64,000 bases of DNA from Candidatus Nanoarchaeia archaeon (GTDB taxonomy: Archaea > Nanobdellota > Nanobdellia > Woesearchaeales > GW2011-AR4), in contig DATDZA010000016.1 in the NCBI GenBank assembly GCA_035288865.1, positions 3,945 to 67,944 on the forward strand, written 5' to 3'. Shown piece by piece: positions 42,688 to 52,303 of the stretch. Below the pieces are notes generated by a model that ran no database searches, was not told the DNA's origin, and was given only the letters and a program-made list of their open reading frames with translations. Made by a program: the position numbers and the translations under genes. How positions within the stretch are numbered: position 1 is the stretch's first letter; each line of letters starts with the position of its first letter.

Positions 42688-43722
42688 TTAAATCATCTCC
42701 TCAAACTTTCTCACAAATTCTTCAAAATCTCTTGTTTTAACGTTAAGGCCGCAAGCATGCTCGTGTCCGCCGCCGTATCCTTCCAATCCAACCAAAGCTT
42801 TCTGCAATCTTTCAGGAATAAGAATTTTTGCCGCCCTCAGGCTGCATTTCATTTCATCTCCTTTCTCCCTAGCAATTATAATAACTTTATCAGGAAAATT
42901 ATAGACTGCTTCATTCGACAGATCGCTTGTGAAGCTTGTTCTGTCCTCATTGTATTTGTAAATTATTATTTTACCTTTTGTATTTTCAGCAGTCTCAAGT
43001 ACTTCTTTTAATAACGGCTCATACAGTTTATTAATTTGCTCGTATCGCCTGTAGATAAACTTTCCTTGTTCAGTTTTTTGTTCAAGAATCTCATCGGGCT
43101 CCTTTATTCTCGTCAAAATTTTTATGGATTTCATCACATCATTATGCTTGCCTTTAAGTATGAATGAAAAAATTCTAATCAGCTTTCCAAGTTTTGTATT
43201 AAAAATTATATCGCCTGGATGCGTATAATCCTTGTCCAAAAGCTCCGGGTATTTTTCCCTGAATTCCCCGATGAATGATGGCACAAACCAGTCTGCAACG
43301 CTTCCGAGAGATGCAATCCATAAATCCTGGTACACAGCCTGGTAGCACAAGAAAGATGTGGGAAAATTATCTTCGGGCTCTGAAACTCTCGGATTGTAAT
43401 ATTTCACATTATCCCTTTGGAAAGGCCCGTGATGGTCAACCCAGACAACCGGCACTTTAATTTCATCAATGAATTCCTGCGCAACATCAGCTATGTCCAG
43501 GATAAAAACTTTATCCGGATTATATTCTTTCACTTTACTTAAAAAAACTATTCCAATTTTTGATGAAGTCTTTACGACAAATCCGTGCCCTTCCCGCTTA
43601 TACCTGTACAAGAGAAGAAAAGCGCTTAAGCCATCCTGGTCATCATCAAAAAAGAACAGCGGATTCCTGCAGTTGTCAAGATGTTCCCTTAATTCCGCCA
43701 CTTGTTTTTTTGATAAGGCCAT
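42688..43722 (-). CDS. DHH-family phosphoesterase (NrnA/RecJ-like)
   Basis: Motifs DDDQDG, VWVDHHGP (DHH) and GGGHEHACG (DHHA1-type GGGH). Confidence 0.75.
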   Translation of the reverse strand: MALSKKQVAELREHLDNCRNPLFFFDDDQDGLSAFLLLYRYKREGHGFVVKTSSKIGIVFLSKVKEYNPDKVFILDIADVAQEFIDEIKVPVVWVDHHGPFQRDNVKYYNPRVSEPEDNFPTSFLCYQAVYQDLWIASLGSVADWFVPSFIGEFREKYPELLDKDYTHPGDIIFNTKLGKLIRIFSFILKGKHNDVMKSIKILTRIKEPDEILEQKTEQGKFIYRRYEQINKLYEPLLKEVLETAENTKGKIIIYKYNEDRTSFTSDLSNEAVYNFPDKVIIIAREKGDEMKCSLRAAKILIPERLQKALVGLEGYGGGHEHACGLNVKTRDFEEFVRKFEEMI

Positions 43723-43802
43723 TCAAAAGAAAATTACTGGTTGTTATTTAAGGGTTTTTGTTTTTCGCAATATTTATAATCGTCGTTGTATTAACAAAGC
43801 CA

Positions 43803-45047
43803 ATGAAAATTCAATTCAGGCAGCACAAAGGCTACGATCCACTAGGAGACTGCGGAAAGGGAAAGTGCCCAATCTGCGCGAGGAATAATGCACTATTCAA
43901 AGTAAGGGAAAAGATAGGCATTAATGATTCTACAAATTTCACAAGCAATGCAGTTTCTCCTTTCGTCGGAAGATTTGGCTATCCGAATGTTAATGTCGGA
44001 ATTCTTGCGCCGCCGGAACAAAGCGATGATTCCTGGATGTATGACTCTCCGAAATTCTGGTCTTCAGAGAATTTTGAACTGCCAAAAATTGTGGATTTTA
44101 GAAGCTCTTTGCTGAATTCCAGAGATAATGTGAATATCAGGAAAAAAATAAAACTGATTGAGATTTCCCAGGACATTGCAATGTCCTCGAAGCCCGTTGA
44201 TGTTGAAATACAATTAAAAGAAAAGCCGCGCTTTCAGCTGAATCTCGACTCGCACATGGCCCCAACCGGCCCGAATGCAAAATTAAAAAAAGCTTCCTTG
44301 ACGGAAAATCCAAAAATCCACACAAAAGTGTATAAAGTTTTTGATGACATTGATTTAAAAGCACAGGACGCTGTAAATTATCTTTATGAAAATAATTTTG
44401 ATGAAAACTTTTTATCGAGAATACTAAGCGTCGGAATTTTGGGATTAAAGAAAGACAGAAAATTAGTTCCAACGAGGTGGAGTATTAGCGCCACCGACGA
44501 TATTATTGGAAAAAATTTAATCAGTGAAATCAAAGATTTCAGTGAAACAGACTCTTATTATTCTTTTTTTGGGAATTATATGGGAAACTATTATCTGATT
44601 TTGATATTTCCCGAAGTCTGGAGCTATGAATTGTTTGAAACTTATGTCCCGCAAAACTGGATTTACAATAAAGAATTGAGATGCACAACTGATTGTGAAA
44701 ATTATTCTGGAAGAAAAAATTATGCTGAAGAGACTGCCGGCGGGTATTATACGGTGAGATTAGCCGTACTGGAAAAATTGAAGGAAATGAAAAGACAGGC
44801 TTCTGTTTTGGCCTTAAGATTTATCACTGACGAATATGCGATGCCTCTTGGTGTCTGGGTTACTCGCGAAACAGCAAGAAAATCAATGAACTCAAATCCA
44901 ATAGAATTTTCTTCAAAAGAATTAATGCTGGATTATGTAAGAAAATTAATCAAAAGGAGATTTAATTATAACGTTGATTATATCTTAAACAAAAGTATTC
45001 TATTAAGAAATATTAAGCACCAAATAAAACTAAGCAAATTTATTTAG
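43803..45047 (+). CDS. Nre-family (DUF650/DUF651) archaeal DNA-repair-associated protein
   Basis: N-terminal Cys cluster CGKGKCPIC and PFVGRFGYPNVNVGILAPP. The size (414 aa) is typical. The family assignment is from memory. Confidence 0.6.
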   Translation: MKIQFRQHKGYDPLGDCGKGKCPICARNNALFKVREKIGINDSTNFTSNAVSPFVGRFGYPNVNVGILAPPEQSDDSWMYDSPKFWSSENFELPKIVDFRSSLLNSRDNVNIRKKIKLIEISQDIAMSSKPVDVEIQLKEKPRFQLNLDSHMAPTGPNAKLKKASLTENPKIHTKVYKVFDDIDLKAQDAVNYLYENNFDENFLSRILSVGILGLKKDRKLVPTRWSISATDDIIGKNLISEIKDFSETDSYYSFFGNYMGNYYLILIFPEVWSYELFETYVPQNWIYNKELRCTTDCENYSGRKNYAEETAGGYYTVRLAVLEKLKEMKRQASVLALRFITDEYAMPLGVWVTRETARKSMNSNPIEFSSKELMLDYVRKLIKRRFNYNVDYILNKSILLRNIKHQIKLSKFI

Positions 45048-45056
45048 GATAATTAA

Positions 45057-46130
45057 TTATTTAATTCTTTCTGCAATCAAATCCCCCATCTCTTTTGTTC
45101 CAACTTCTTTCATTCCAGATTCCATTATATCTTTTGTCCTGTAGCCGGCTTGCAGCACTTCCCTTACTGCAGATTCAATGGATTTTGAGGCTTTATCGAG
45201 ACCAAAGGAATATTTAAGCATAAGCGCTGCCGATAAAATTTGGGCAATTGGATTTGCAATTCCTTTTCCGGCAATATCAGGCGCAGTTCCGCCTGCAGGC
45301 TCGTAAAACCCAAGCCCTTTTTCATTCAAAGATGCCGAAGCAAGCATTCCTATGCTTCCAGTAATCATTGCAGCCTCATCGCTTAATATATCTCCAAAAA
45401 GATTTGTGGTCACAATAACATCAAAATCATTAGGCTTTTTTATTATCTGCATTGTAGCATTGTCGATGTATAAAAAATCAAGACGTACTTGAGGATAATT
45501 TTTTGAGACTTCAGCCACTACATTTCTAAAAAGAATGCTTGATGATAAAACATTTGATTTGTCTACGCATGTCACATGATTATTTCGCTTGGCGGCTATT
45601 TCGAATGCTATCCTTGCAATTCTTTTGCATTGCTGTTTTGTATATTTCATTTCATCAATTGCATAATCATCTTCCAAAACGCTCTTTCCAAAATATGCAT
45701 CTCCGCTTAATTCCCTTAAAATCATTATATCAAAGCCGTCCTTTGGGGGATTTTTTAATGGAGAAGAATTTATCATTTCAGGGTATAAAACAGCAGGCCT
45801 TAAATTCGCATAAAAGTCAAAGTGTTTTCTCAATGCAAGTATAGAATTTCTTTCAATTCTTTTTTCTTTTGGGAGATTCTCCCACTTTGGGCCGCCGACA
45901 GATCCAAACAATATTGCATCAGAATTTTCACACAATTCAAGTGTTTCTTTTGGAAGTGCTGTACCATGTTTATCGTAAGCAATACCCCCTACATCGGCAT
46001 ATTTATATTTAAAATTCAGATTATATTTTAATGACACAGCATCAAGAACTTTGATTGTCTCCCTCATAACCTCAGGCCCTATTCCATCCCCCGCAAGCAC
46101 AGCAATTTTTTTGGATTCCATAGTTTGCAT
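45057..46130 (-). CDS. leuB: 3-isopropylmalate dehydrogenase
   Basis: Motifs IAVLAGDGIGPEV, NLFGDILSDEAA and GSIGMLASASL. Confidence 0.92.
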   Translation of the reverse strand: MQTMESKKIAVLAGDGIGPEVMRETIKVLDAVSLKYNLNFKYKYADVGGIAYDKHGTALPKETLELCENSDAILFGSVGGPKWENLPKEKRIERNSILALRKHFDFYANLRPAVLYPEMINSSPLKNPPKDGFDIMILRELSGDAYFGKSVLEDDYAIDEMKYTKQQCKRIARIAFEIAAKRNNHVTCVDKSNVLSSSILFRNVVAEVSKNYPQVRLDFLYIDNATMQIIKKPNDFDVIVTTNLFGDILSDEAAMITGSIGMLASASLNEKGLGFYEPAGGTAPDIAGKGIANPIAQILSAALMLKYSFGLDKASKSIESAVREVLQAGYRTKDIMESGMKEVGTKEMGDLIAERIK

Positions 46131-46741
46131 TAAATTTTAAAATCATTAAGATAAGGTATTTTTCTTGCAATTTTCTTTATTTCATCTTTTGATTTTAGCA
46201 TCAATGAAGTAGAGTCCCACATTCCTTCCACCAGGGATTTTCTTGCCGATTCATTCATGCTAATATTTATTGTTGAATCTTTAAATCTTATTTCCTTTTT
46301 TAATATATCAATATATATTTCTTTTTGAGGAAAATTTTCTACATATTCCATTAATCTTTCAATATCTTGCTTGTCAACTGTAATTGTTGGAATTCCCAGC
46401 ATGCTGCAATTTCCTGCAAAAATATCCGCAAAGCTCTCCCCTATAACTGCATTTATACCAAATCTCATAAGCGCTTGGGGAGCGTGCTCTCTTGATGAGC
46501 CGCATCCAAAGTTTTTGTTTACTAAAAGAATTGAAGCCCCGCGGAATTTTTCATCATTGAACGGATGGATTTTTTTATTGCCGGTTTCGTCAAATCTCTC
46601 GTCATAAAAAGCGTATTTTCCCATATTTGAAAAAGTTATCTCTTTTAAAAATCTTGCAGGAATAATCCTATCGGTGTCCATGTCATTTCCCTTTATTACA
46701 ATTCCTTTCCCTGAAACGTTCGTGATTTTTTTAATTGGCAT
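46130..46741 (-). CDS. leuD: 3-isopropylmalate dehydratase small subunit
   Basis: Motifs DTDRIIPARFLK and NFGCGSSREHAPQAL. Confidence 0.9.
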   Translation of the reverse strand: MPIKKITNVSGKGIVIKGNDMDTDRIIPARFLKEITFSNMGKYAFYDERFDETGNKKIHPFNDEKFRGASILLVNKNFGCGSSREHAPQALMRFGINAVIGESFADIFAGNCSMLGIPTITVDKQDIERLMEYVENFPQKEIYIDILKKEIRFKDSTINISMNESARKSLVEGMWDSTSLMLKSKDEIKKIARKIPYLNDFKI

Positions 46742-46890
46742 TTTATTGTCTGACAGATTATTTTAGTAATTTCTTTTGTCGATAATTTACATATTTTTTA
46801 ATATTTGTTAACACTATTTCTCACAATTAATAATTATTTTTAATTATCATAGTGATTAAGTGTTTATTATAGTCTAAGACGTTCAAATAT

Positions 46891-48282
46891 TTATACATAA
46901 TCCCTAACATCAACAATTTTTCCGTTTATGGCGGCGGCGGCAACCATTGCAGGGCTCATAAGCAAGGTTCTTCCTTTTGGGCTTCCCTGCCTTCCTATAA
47001 AATTTCTATTTGAAGAAGATGCGCACATTTCCTTTCCTTTTAGCTTGTCCTCGTTCATTCCAAGGCACATGGAGCAGCCAGCATGACGAAACTCAAAACC
47101 CGCTTTTTCAAATATCTTATCCAATCCTTCCTCTTCTGCAGCTTTTTTTACCTGCTGCGAGCCAGGGACAACTATTGCTTGCACATCTTTTGCAACTAGT
47201 TTTCCTTGCACAATTTTTGCGGCTTCCCTAAGGTCTGATATTCTTGAATTCGTGCACGAGCCTATGAATGCAACATTTATTTTTGTTCCTTTTATGCTTT
47301 CATTTTCCTTAAATCCCATATGATTTAATGCAAGTTTTGCTGTTTCTATTCCATCTGATAATGCATCGAGTTTTGGAATTTTTTCGCTAATTGAAATTGC
47401 CTGTCCCGGATTTATTCCCCAGGTTATCATTGGCTCTAGTTCATCCGCCTTTAATTTCACAGCGTCATCATATTCTGCATTGTTATCAGAGGCAATTGAT
47501 ATCCAATATTTTTTTGCCTCGTCAAAATTTTTCGGCGCAAATCTTCTTCCTTTTATATAATCAAAAGTAGTCTTGTCAGGATTCATGTATCCGCATTTTG
47601 CTCCCCCTTCAATTGACATATTGCAGATTGTCATGCGCTCTTCCATTGTCATATTTTCAATTGCTTCTCCCGCATATTCATACGCATATCCAATGCCGCC
47701 TTTCACGCCAAGCTTCCGTATTATTGCAAGAATTACATCCTTCGCATAAACTCCTTTCCTTAATTTTCCGTCAACGTCAATTTTTCTAACTTTTGGCTTG
47801 TCTATTGCCAAGCATTGAGTTGCCAAAACATCTCGAACCTGGCTGGTTCCTATTCCAAGTGCAATCGATCCAAAAGCGCCATGCGTGCTTGTATGCGAAT
47901 CTCCGCACGCGATTGTCATCCCTGGCTGTGTCAATCCAAGTTCCGGGCCTATGACGTGTACAATTCCCTGGCTTAAAGTTGACGTTTCAAAAAATTGAAT
48001 TCCAGAATTTTTCACATTTTTCTCAAGCTCTTTCATCATTTCTTCTGCCAAAACATCAGAGAATGGCCTTGACTGGGATTTGGTCGGGATTATATGGTCA
48101 ACTGTTGCAAAAGTTCTTCCCGGGAACAGAACGCCAAGATTCATTTCCTTTAGCATCTGAAATGCCTGAGGCGATGTAACTTCATGAATGAGGTGCATTC
48201 CTATAAACAATTGAGTTTGCCCGTTTGGGAGTCCCTTTACCTTGTGAAGATTCCATATCTTGTTGAAAAGATTTTCTGCCAT
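46891..48282 (-). CDS. leuC: 3-isopropylmalate dehydratase large subunit
   Basis: Aconitase-family motifs [22 protein letters not shown] and GCSMCLGMN. Confidence 0.92.
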   Translation of the reverse strand: MAENLFNKIWNLHKVKGLPNGQTQLFIGMHLIHEVTSPQAFQMLKEMNLGVLFPGRTFATVDHIIPTKSQSRPFSDVLAEEMMKELEKNVKNSGIQFFETSTLSQGIVHVIGPELGLTQPGMTIACGDSHTSTHGAFGSIALGIGTSQVRDVLATQCLAIDKPKVRKIDVDGKLRKGVYAKDVILAIIRKLGVKGGIGYAYEYAGEAIENMTMEERMTICNMSIEGGAKCGYMNPDKTTFDYIKGRRFAPKNFDEAKKYWISIASDNNAEYDDAVKLKADELEPMITWGINPGQAISISEKIPKLDALSDGIETAKLALNHMGFKENESIKGTKINVAFIGSCTNSRISDLREAAKIVQGKLVAKDVQAIVVPGSQQVKKAAEEEGLDKIFEKAGFEFRHAGCSMCLGMNEDKLKGKEMCASSSNRNFIGRQGSPKGRTLLMSPAMVAAAAINGKIVDVRDYV

Positions 48283-48303
48283 TTTCTTTTGTTCTTAAAT
48301 ATC

Positions 48304-49182
48304 CTAGTTTACGGGCGTGCAGAATTCTTCTATTCTTGATTCATATTCCTCTCTCAGCTTTCGTGTTTTGTGTCCCATGTTCCCCGCGCCTATCATTTTG
48401 TTTTCAATTTTTGAAACTGGAATGATTCCGGCGCCTGTGCCTGTAAGAAAAACTTCATCAGCAAGCATAAAATCTCTTGCAGTAAATCTTCCTTCGACTA
48501 CATTTAATTTTTGCCCTTTTGCAATTTCCATAATTTTATTTCTAGTAATTCCTTCAAGGCAGTTTGTATCAAGGCTTGGGGTAAAAAGTGTATTGCCCCT
48601 TATCCCGAAAATATTATCAACCGTGGCCTCTGAAACTATCCCATTTTCATCTGTCATTATTGCTTCATCTGCCCCCCTATCAACTAATTCCCATGTTGCC
48701 ATGACATTATTCATGTAATTGCAGGATTTTATTCTGCAATCAAAGCTGGCATATGGAATTTTTCTCGTCCTTGCAACAATTATCTTAAGTCCTTTCTCGT
48801 AAAGTTCTTCAGGATATAGTTTCAAACTAGTTACAAGTATCACAAGCTTTGAGCCAGAACACTTCGCAGGATTTATTCCCAAATCTCCAATTCCTCGTGT
48901 CACAACGAGCCTTATGTATCCTGAGTTAAGATTGCTTGCCCTGACTGCTGAAAAAAGTTGCTTCTCGTATTCTTCTTTTGAAACCATTGGAATTCTTACG
49001 AGCGAAGCGGAATTGTATATTCTGTTCATGTGTTCCTTATGCAAAAGAATTTTTTTATTGATCAGCCTGATGCCTTCAAATATCCCATCTCCGTATAAAA
49101 AGCAATGGTCAAGTATGGATATTTTTCCATCCTTAAGGTTAAAAATCTCGCCGTCAATGCTTACAATTTCTCTTCCTTCCAT
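48304..49182 (-). CDS. ilvE: Class IV PLP aminotransferase (branched-chain amino acid aminotransferase)
   Basis: 292 aa. Motifs GDGIFEGIR, YIRLVVTRG and LEGITR. Located inside the leu cluster. Confidence 0.8.
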   Translation of the reverse strand: MEGREIVSIDGEIFNLKDGKISILDHCFLYGDGIFEGIRLINKKILLHKEHMNRIYNSASLVRIPMVSKEEYEKQLFSAVRASNLNSGYIRLVVTRGIGDLGINPAKCSGSKLVILVTSLKLYPEELYEKGLKIIVARTRKIPYASFDCRIKSCNYMNNVMATWELVDRGADEAIMTDENGIVSEATVDNIFGIRGNTLFTPSLDTNCLEGITRNKIMEIAKGQKLNVVEGRFTARDFMLADEVFLTGTGAGIIPVSKIENKMIGAGNMGHKTRKLREEYESRIEEFCTPVN

Positions 49183-50717
49183 TTCAAATCCTCCTGTTTT
49201 CTTTTAAAGACAAGTGCCTTGTTTGCACCCTTGACTATTGCCTTCACTGAGGCAAGTATCACGTCAGGCTCCACAGACTCTGAAACAAAAATATTTTTGT
49301 TTTCATCCTCAATCTTTATCGTAACGCTTGCAAGCGCGTTTGTTCCACCAGTTACTGCCTTTAAATCATATTCCTTCAAACTAATTACATTACCCATGAT
49401 TGCTTTTATTGCGTTTGACGCTGCATCAACGGGACCGACTCCCGTGCCAGTTCCTATTTTCTTCACTCCATTTATTATAAGCCCGATTGTGGAGCTTGGA
49501 GTTATTTTGTTGCCCGTCACAACAAGCAATTCATCCAGATTAATCAATTCATTCTGATTCTCGAGTTCCTGGGTTATATCAATTGCGAGGGCGATTATAT
49601 CTTCACGCTCGACTTCCTTTTGCATGTCAAATAATTCCTTGATTTTTGCTGTCACCTTGTCCAATTGATTCTTGTCCAGACTTATCCCGGCTTGATTTAA
49701 TACATCCTGCACAGCATGCTTTCCTGAGAGTTTTCCAAAGACAATTTTATCGCCAATCCAGCCGATATCCTCCGGGGACATTATCTCATATGTCGTGGTA
49801 TGTGATAATACCCCATGCTGGTGTATCCCTGCCTGGTGTGCAAATGCATTCTTTCCTATGATTGCCTTGTTTCTCTGTACTTGCATTCCTGAAAGTTTTG
49901 AGACAAGCTGGCTTGCATTGAATAATTCTTTTGTGTTAATATTAGTCTGCGCATCATAATATTCTTTTCTGGTCTTGAGCGCCATTATAACTTCTTCTAA
50001 AGCAGTATTGCCGGCTCTTTCTCCGATGCCGTTAATTGTGCCCTCAATTTGGGTCGCCCCATTTTTTATCGCAGCAAGTGAATTTGCCGTAGCAAGGCCC
50101 AAATCATCATGGCAATGCGCGCTAAGAATGATGCCTTTTGCATTTGGCACATTTTCTGTTATGTGCTTGAACCTCTCCCCATATTCATCAGGCTGTGCGT
50201 ATCCAACGGTATCCGGAACATTTATTGTAGTTGCGCCCGCTGAAATAGCCCGCTCTATGACTTTACACATGAAATCCATGTCTGATCTTGATGCATCTTC
50301 TGGAGAAAATTCAATGTTATCGCAAAATGATTTTGCATATTTTACCATTTCCCCTACCATCTGCAGTATATCTTCCTTTGATTTTTTTAATTTGTAATCC
50401 ATATGAATTTGGGAAGTTGCAACAAACGTGTGTATCCTTGGCCTTTCTGCCCCCTTGATGGAACTCCATGCTGCGTCTATGTCTTCTTTTGTCGTTCTCG
50501 CCAGTGCGCATATGACTGGAGTTCTAACTTCCTTAGCAATTGTCTGAACCGAATCAAATGAGCCTTTAGATGCAATCGGAAACCCCGCTTCGATTATATC
50601 CACGTTAAGTTTTTCAAGTTGCTTGGCTATCATCAGCTTGTCGGGCGGGGAAATATTTGCTCCAGGGCTTTGCTCCCCGTCCCTTAAAGTCGTGTCGAAA
50701 ATATATATGCGTTTCAT
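49161..50717 (-). CDS. leuA: 2-isopropylmalate synthase (LeuA family)
   Basis: Motifs IFDTTLRDGEQ, HCHDDLGLATAN and a C-terminal LeuA regulatory domain. The start was moved to MKRIYIFD. Confidence 0.9.
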   Translation of the reverse strand: MKRIYIFDTTLRDGEQSPGANISPPDKLMIAKQLEKLNVDIIEAGFPIASKGSFDSVQTIAKEVRTPVICALARTTKEDIDAAWSSIKGAERPRIHTFVATSQIHMDYKLKKSKEDILQMVGEMVKYAKSFCDNIEFSPEDASRSDMDFMCKVIERAISAGATTINVPDTVGYAQPDEYGERFKHITENVPNAKGIILSAHCHDDLGLATANSLAAIKNGATQIEGTINGIGERAGNTALEEVIMALKTRKEYYDAQTNINTKELFNASQLVSKLSGMQVQRNKAIIGKNAFAHQAGIHQHGVLSHTTTYEIMSPEDIGWIGDKIVFGKLSGKHAVQDVLNQAGISLDKNQLDKVTAKIKELFDMQKEVEREDIIALAIDITQELENQNELINLDELLVVTGNKITPSSTIGLIINGVKKIGTGTGVGPVDAASNAIKAIMGNVISLKEYDLKAVTGGTNALASVTIKIEDENKNIFVSESVEPDVILASVKAIVKGANKALVFKRKQEDLKWKEEKL

Positions 50718-51199
50718 TTTTTTCCTCTTTAATGTTTTTCCAATACACACTAGAATTAATCACAATGAATGCCCAACGAGTGTATATTGACTTATGGGCT
50801 TATAACAGCAGAAATAATAGCAGTAGAGCTAGCAAAAGACTCGAATTTTTCAAAAGCCTAAAATTACTTGCCATAGGCCAAAGGATTAATCTTTATTATT
50901 TAAAGGTTTTTATTTTATTAACAGATAATCTCATTGTTTTGAATTTTCAACGCATTAAAAATTAATAAATAAAAAGATTTAAAAATAAAGGACCGTTCTT
51001 ACCTAATGAAAATGATTAAAGTTAATATTTTTAGAATTTCCAGTATTACTTGTGCAGTAAATATTCTGTTAGTTCTGCTTATACTATAAGGCCCAAAAGG
51101 TAACACATCCTTGACGGGCCTCGTATCGATTTAAAATTCTAGGATGGGTTATAAAATAAATTCAAGTAAAATTATGAAAATGAACCAAGGTGAGGGAAA

Positions 51200-51709
51200 A
51201 TGATTGCGGAACTTCAAGAAGTACGATACATAGCAAATAGCCATACTAAACAAGCTTTTGTTTATGCAACATTTTTGCACGACGGAATTAGGAAACAGTA
51301 TACCGGAAACGGTTCAACCATTGATGAAGCAATTGCGGCAGTAGCTGGACAAGTATTTGGAACTTCTCCAACTCCATTACCGACCAATCATAAGATATCC
51401 ACTCTAAGTGGTGAGGCAACAAGAAACATAACTGCTTTTGGTAGTGGAAGCCACATCAAAGGAATGTGGTCTGGTGGAGATACTATTGAAGCTTATATTA
51501 TTGCAAGCCTGGATTATACAAATCGTGCAATTGCACATACAAATCAGGTTGAGGGACAAAATGAATTACATGAGGCTGATTCATCTTTAGGACAAAGCAT
51601 AATTAAATCAACGGCTCCTTTGGAAGAATTAGCTGCTCAAGGATCTGGAGGGCACCACGAACCAGAAGACAAAGATCACCATACCACAGGATGGGGTCAT
51701 GGAGTTTAA
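51200..51709 (+). CDS. Hypothetical protein with a His-rich C-terminus
   Basis: 169-aa ORF preceded by GGTGAGGG. No family recognised. Confidence 0.45.
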   Translation: MIAELQEVRYIANSHTKQAFVYATFLHDGIRKQYTGNGSTIDEAIAAVAGQVFGTSPTPLPTNHKISTLSGEATRNITAFGSGSHIKGMWSGGDTIEAYIIASLDYTNRAIAHTNQVEGQNELHEADSSLGQSIIKSTAPLEELAAQGSGGHHEPEDKDHHTTGWGHGV

Positions 51710-51730
51710 GTATTAAAACATGAGAGGACT

Positions 51731-52168
51731 ATGACTAACCCAAGTATTAATGGTAAAAAGTATAGGCTCGCAAGTATCAGTGGTAAAGAGTACAGGCTCG
51801 TATTCAAAAAGGACTGTTCCGTACCACTTGGCTATTATTCAAGGAGAGATAATCCAAGGGAGTTGGTATTCTATAATCTATCGCCTAGAAAAAAACTGGA
51901 AAGGCATTTAATAGAATCAATTCTTGAAAGCGAAAGGGCAACAGAAATTAGAGGATTGGAGAGCGCAGTAAAAAGGACAAATAGACGGTCAGCTCTAGAT
52001 GAAGTTTATAATGTGGCCGTTGACCCTGAGACTTATGAAGTGTCACAATTAGAAAGGCTAGAGCATATGCCAAGAATTAATGGCCATGTGCCTCCGGAAA
52101 TCTTGGAAAGAGTCTTAGGAGAAGGCTTGCACATTGCAAGTGAGCGGAAAATATATAATAAAAGCTAA
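51731..52168 (+). CDS. Hypothetical protein
   Basis: 145-aa ORF preceded by GAGAGGA. No family recognised. Confidence 0.45.
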   Translation: MTNPSINGKKYRLASISGKEYRLVFKKDCSVPLGYYSRRDNPRELVFYNLSPRKKLERHLIESILESERATEIRGLESAVKRTNRRSALDEVYNVAVDPETYEVSQLERLEHMPRINGHVPPEILERVLGEGLHIASERKIYNKS

Positions 52169-52303
52169 AATAGTAGTTCCAGTAAACCAAGGTGAAATTG
52201 TTTTTCCAGGTTCACCAGCAAGAAAAACCGAACAAGTTGTCAGAGGAGTTGGCAGGGGTCAAAACATAAATCATGCAATCCACTCGGCTTACATCAATGC
52301 ATT

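Noticed and set aside
51089-51121. Nested hairpin AGGCCC..AAGG..CCTT..GGGCCT upstream of the 169-aa ORF as a small RNA or riboswitch
   Set aside because: It is an isolated 33-nt stem-loop with no recognisable family motif or terminator context. It is noted only as possible 5'-UTR structure.
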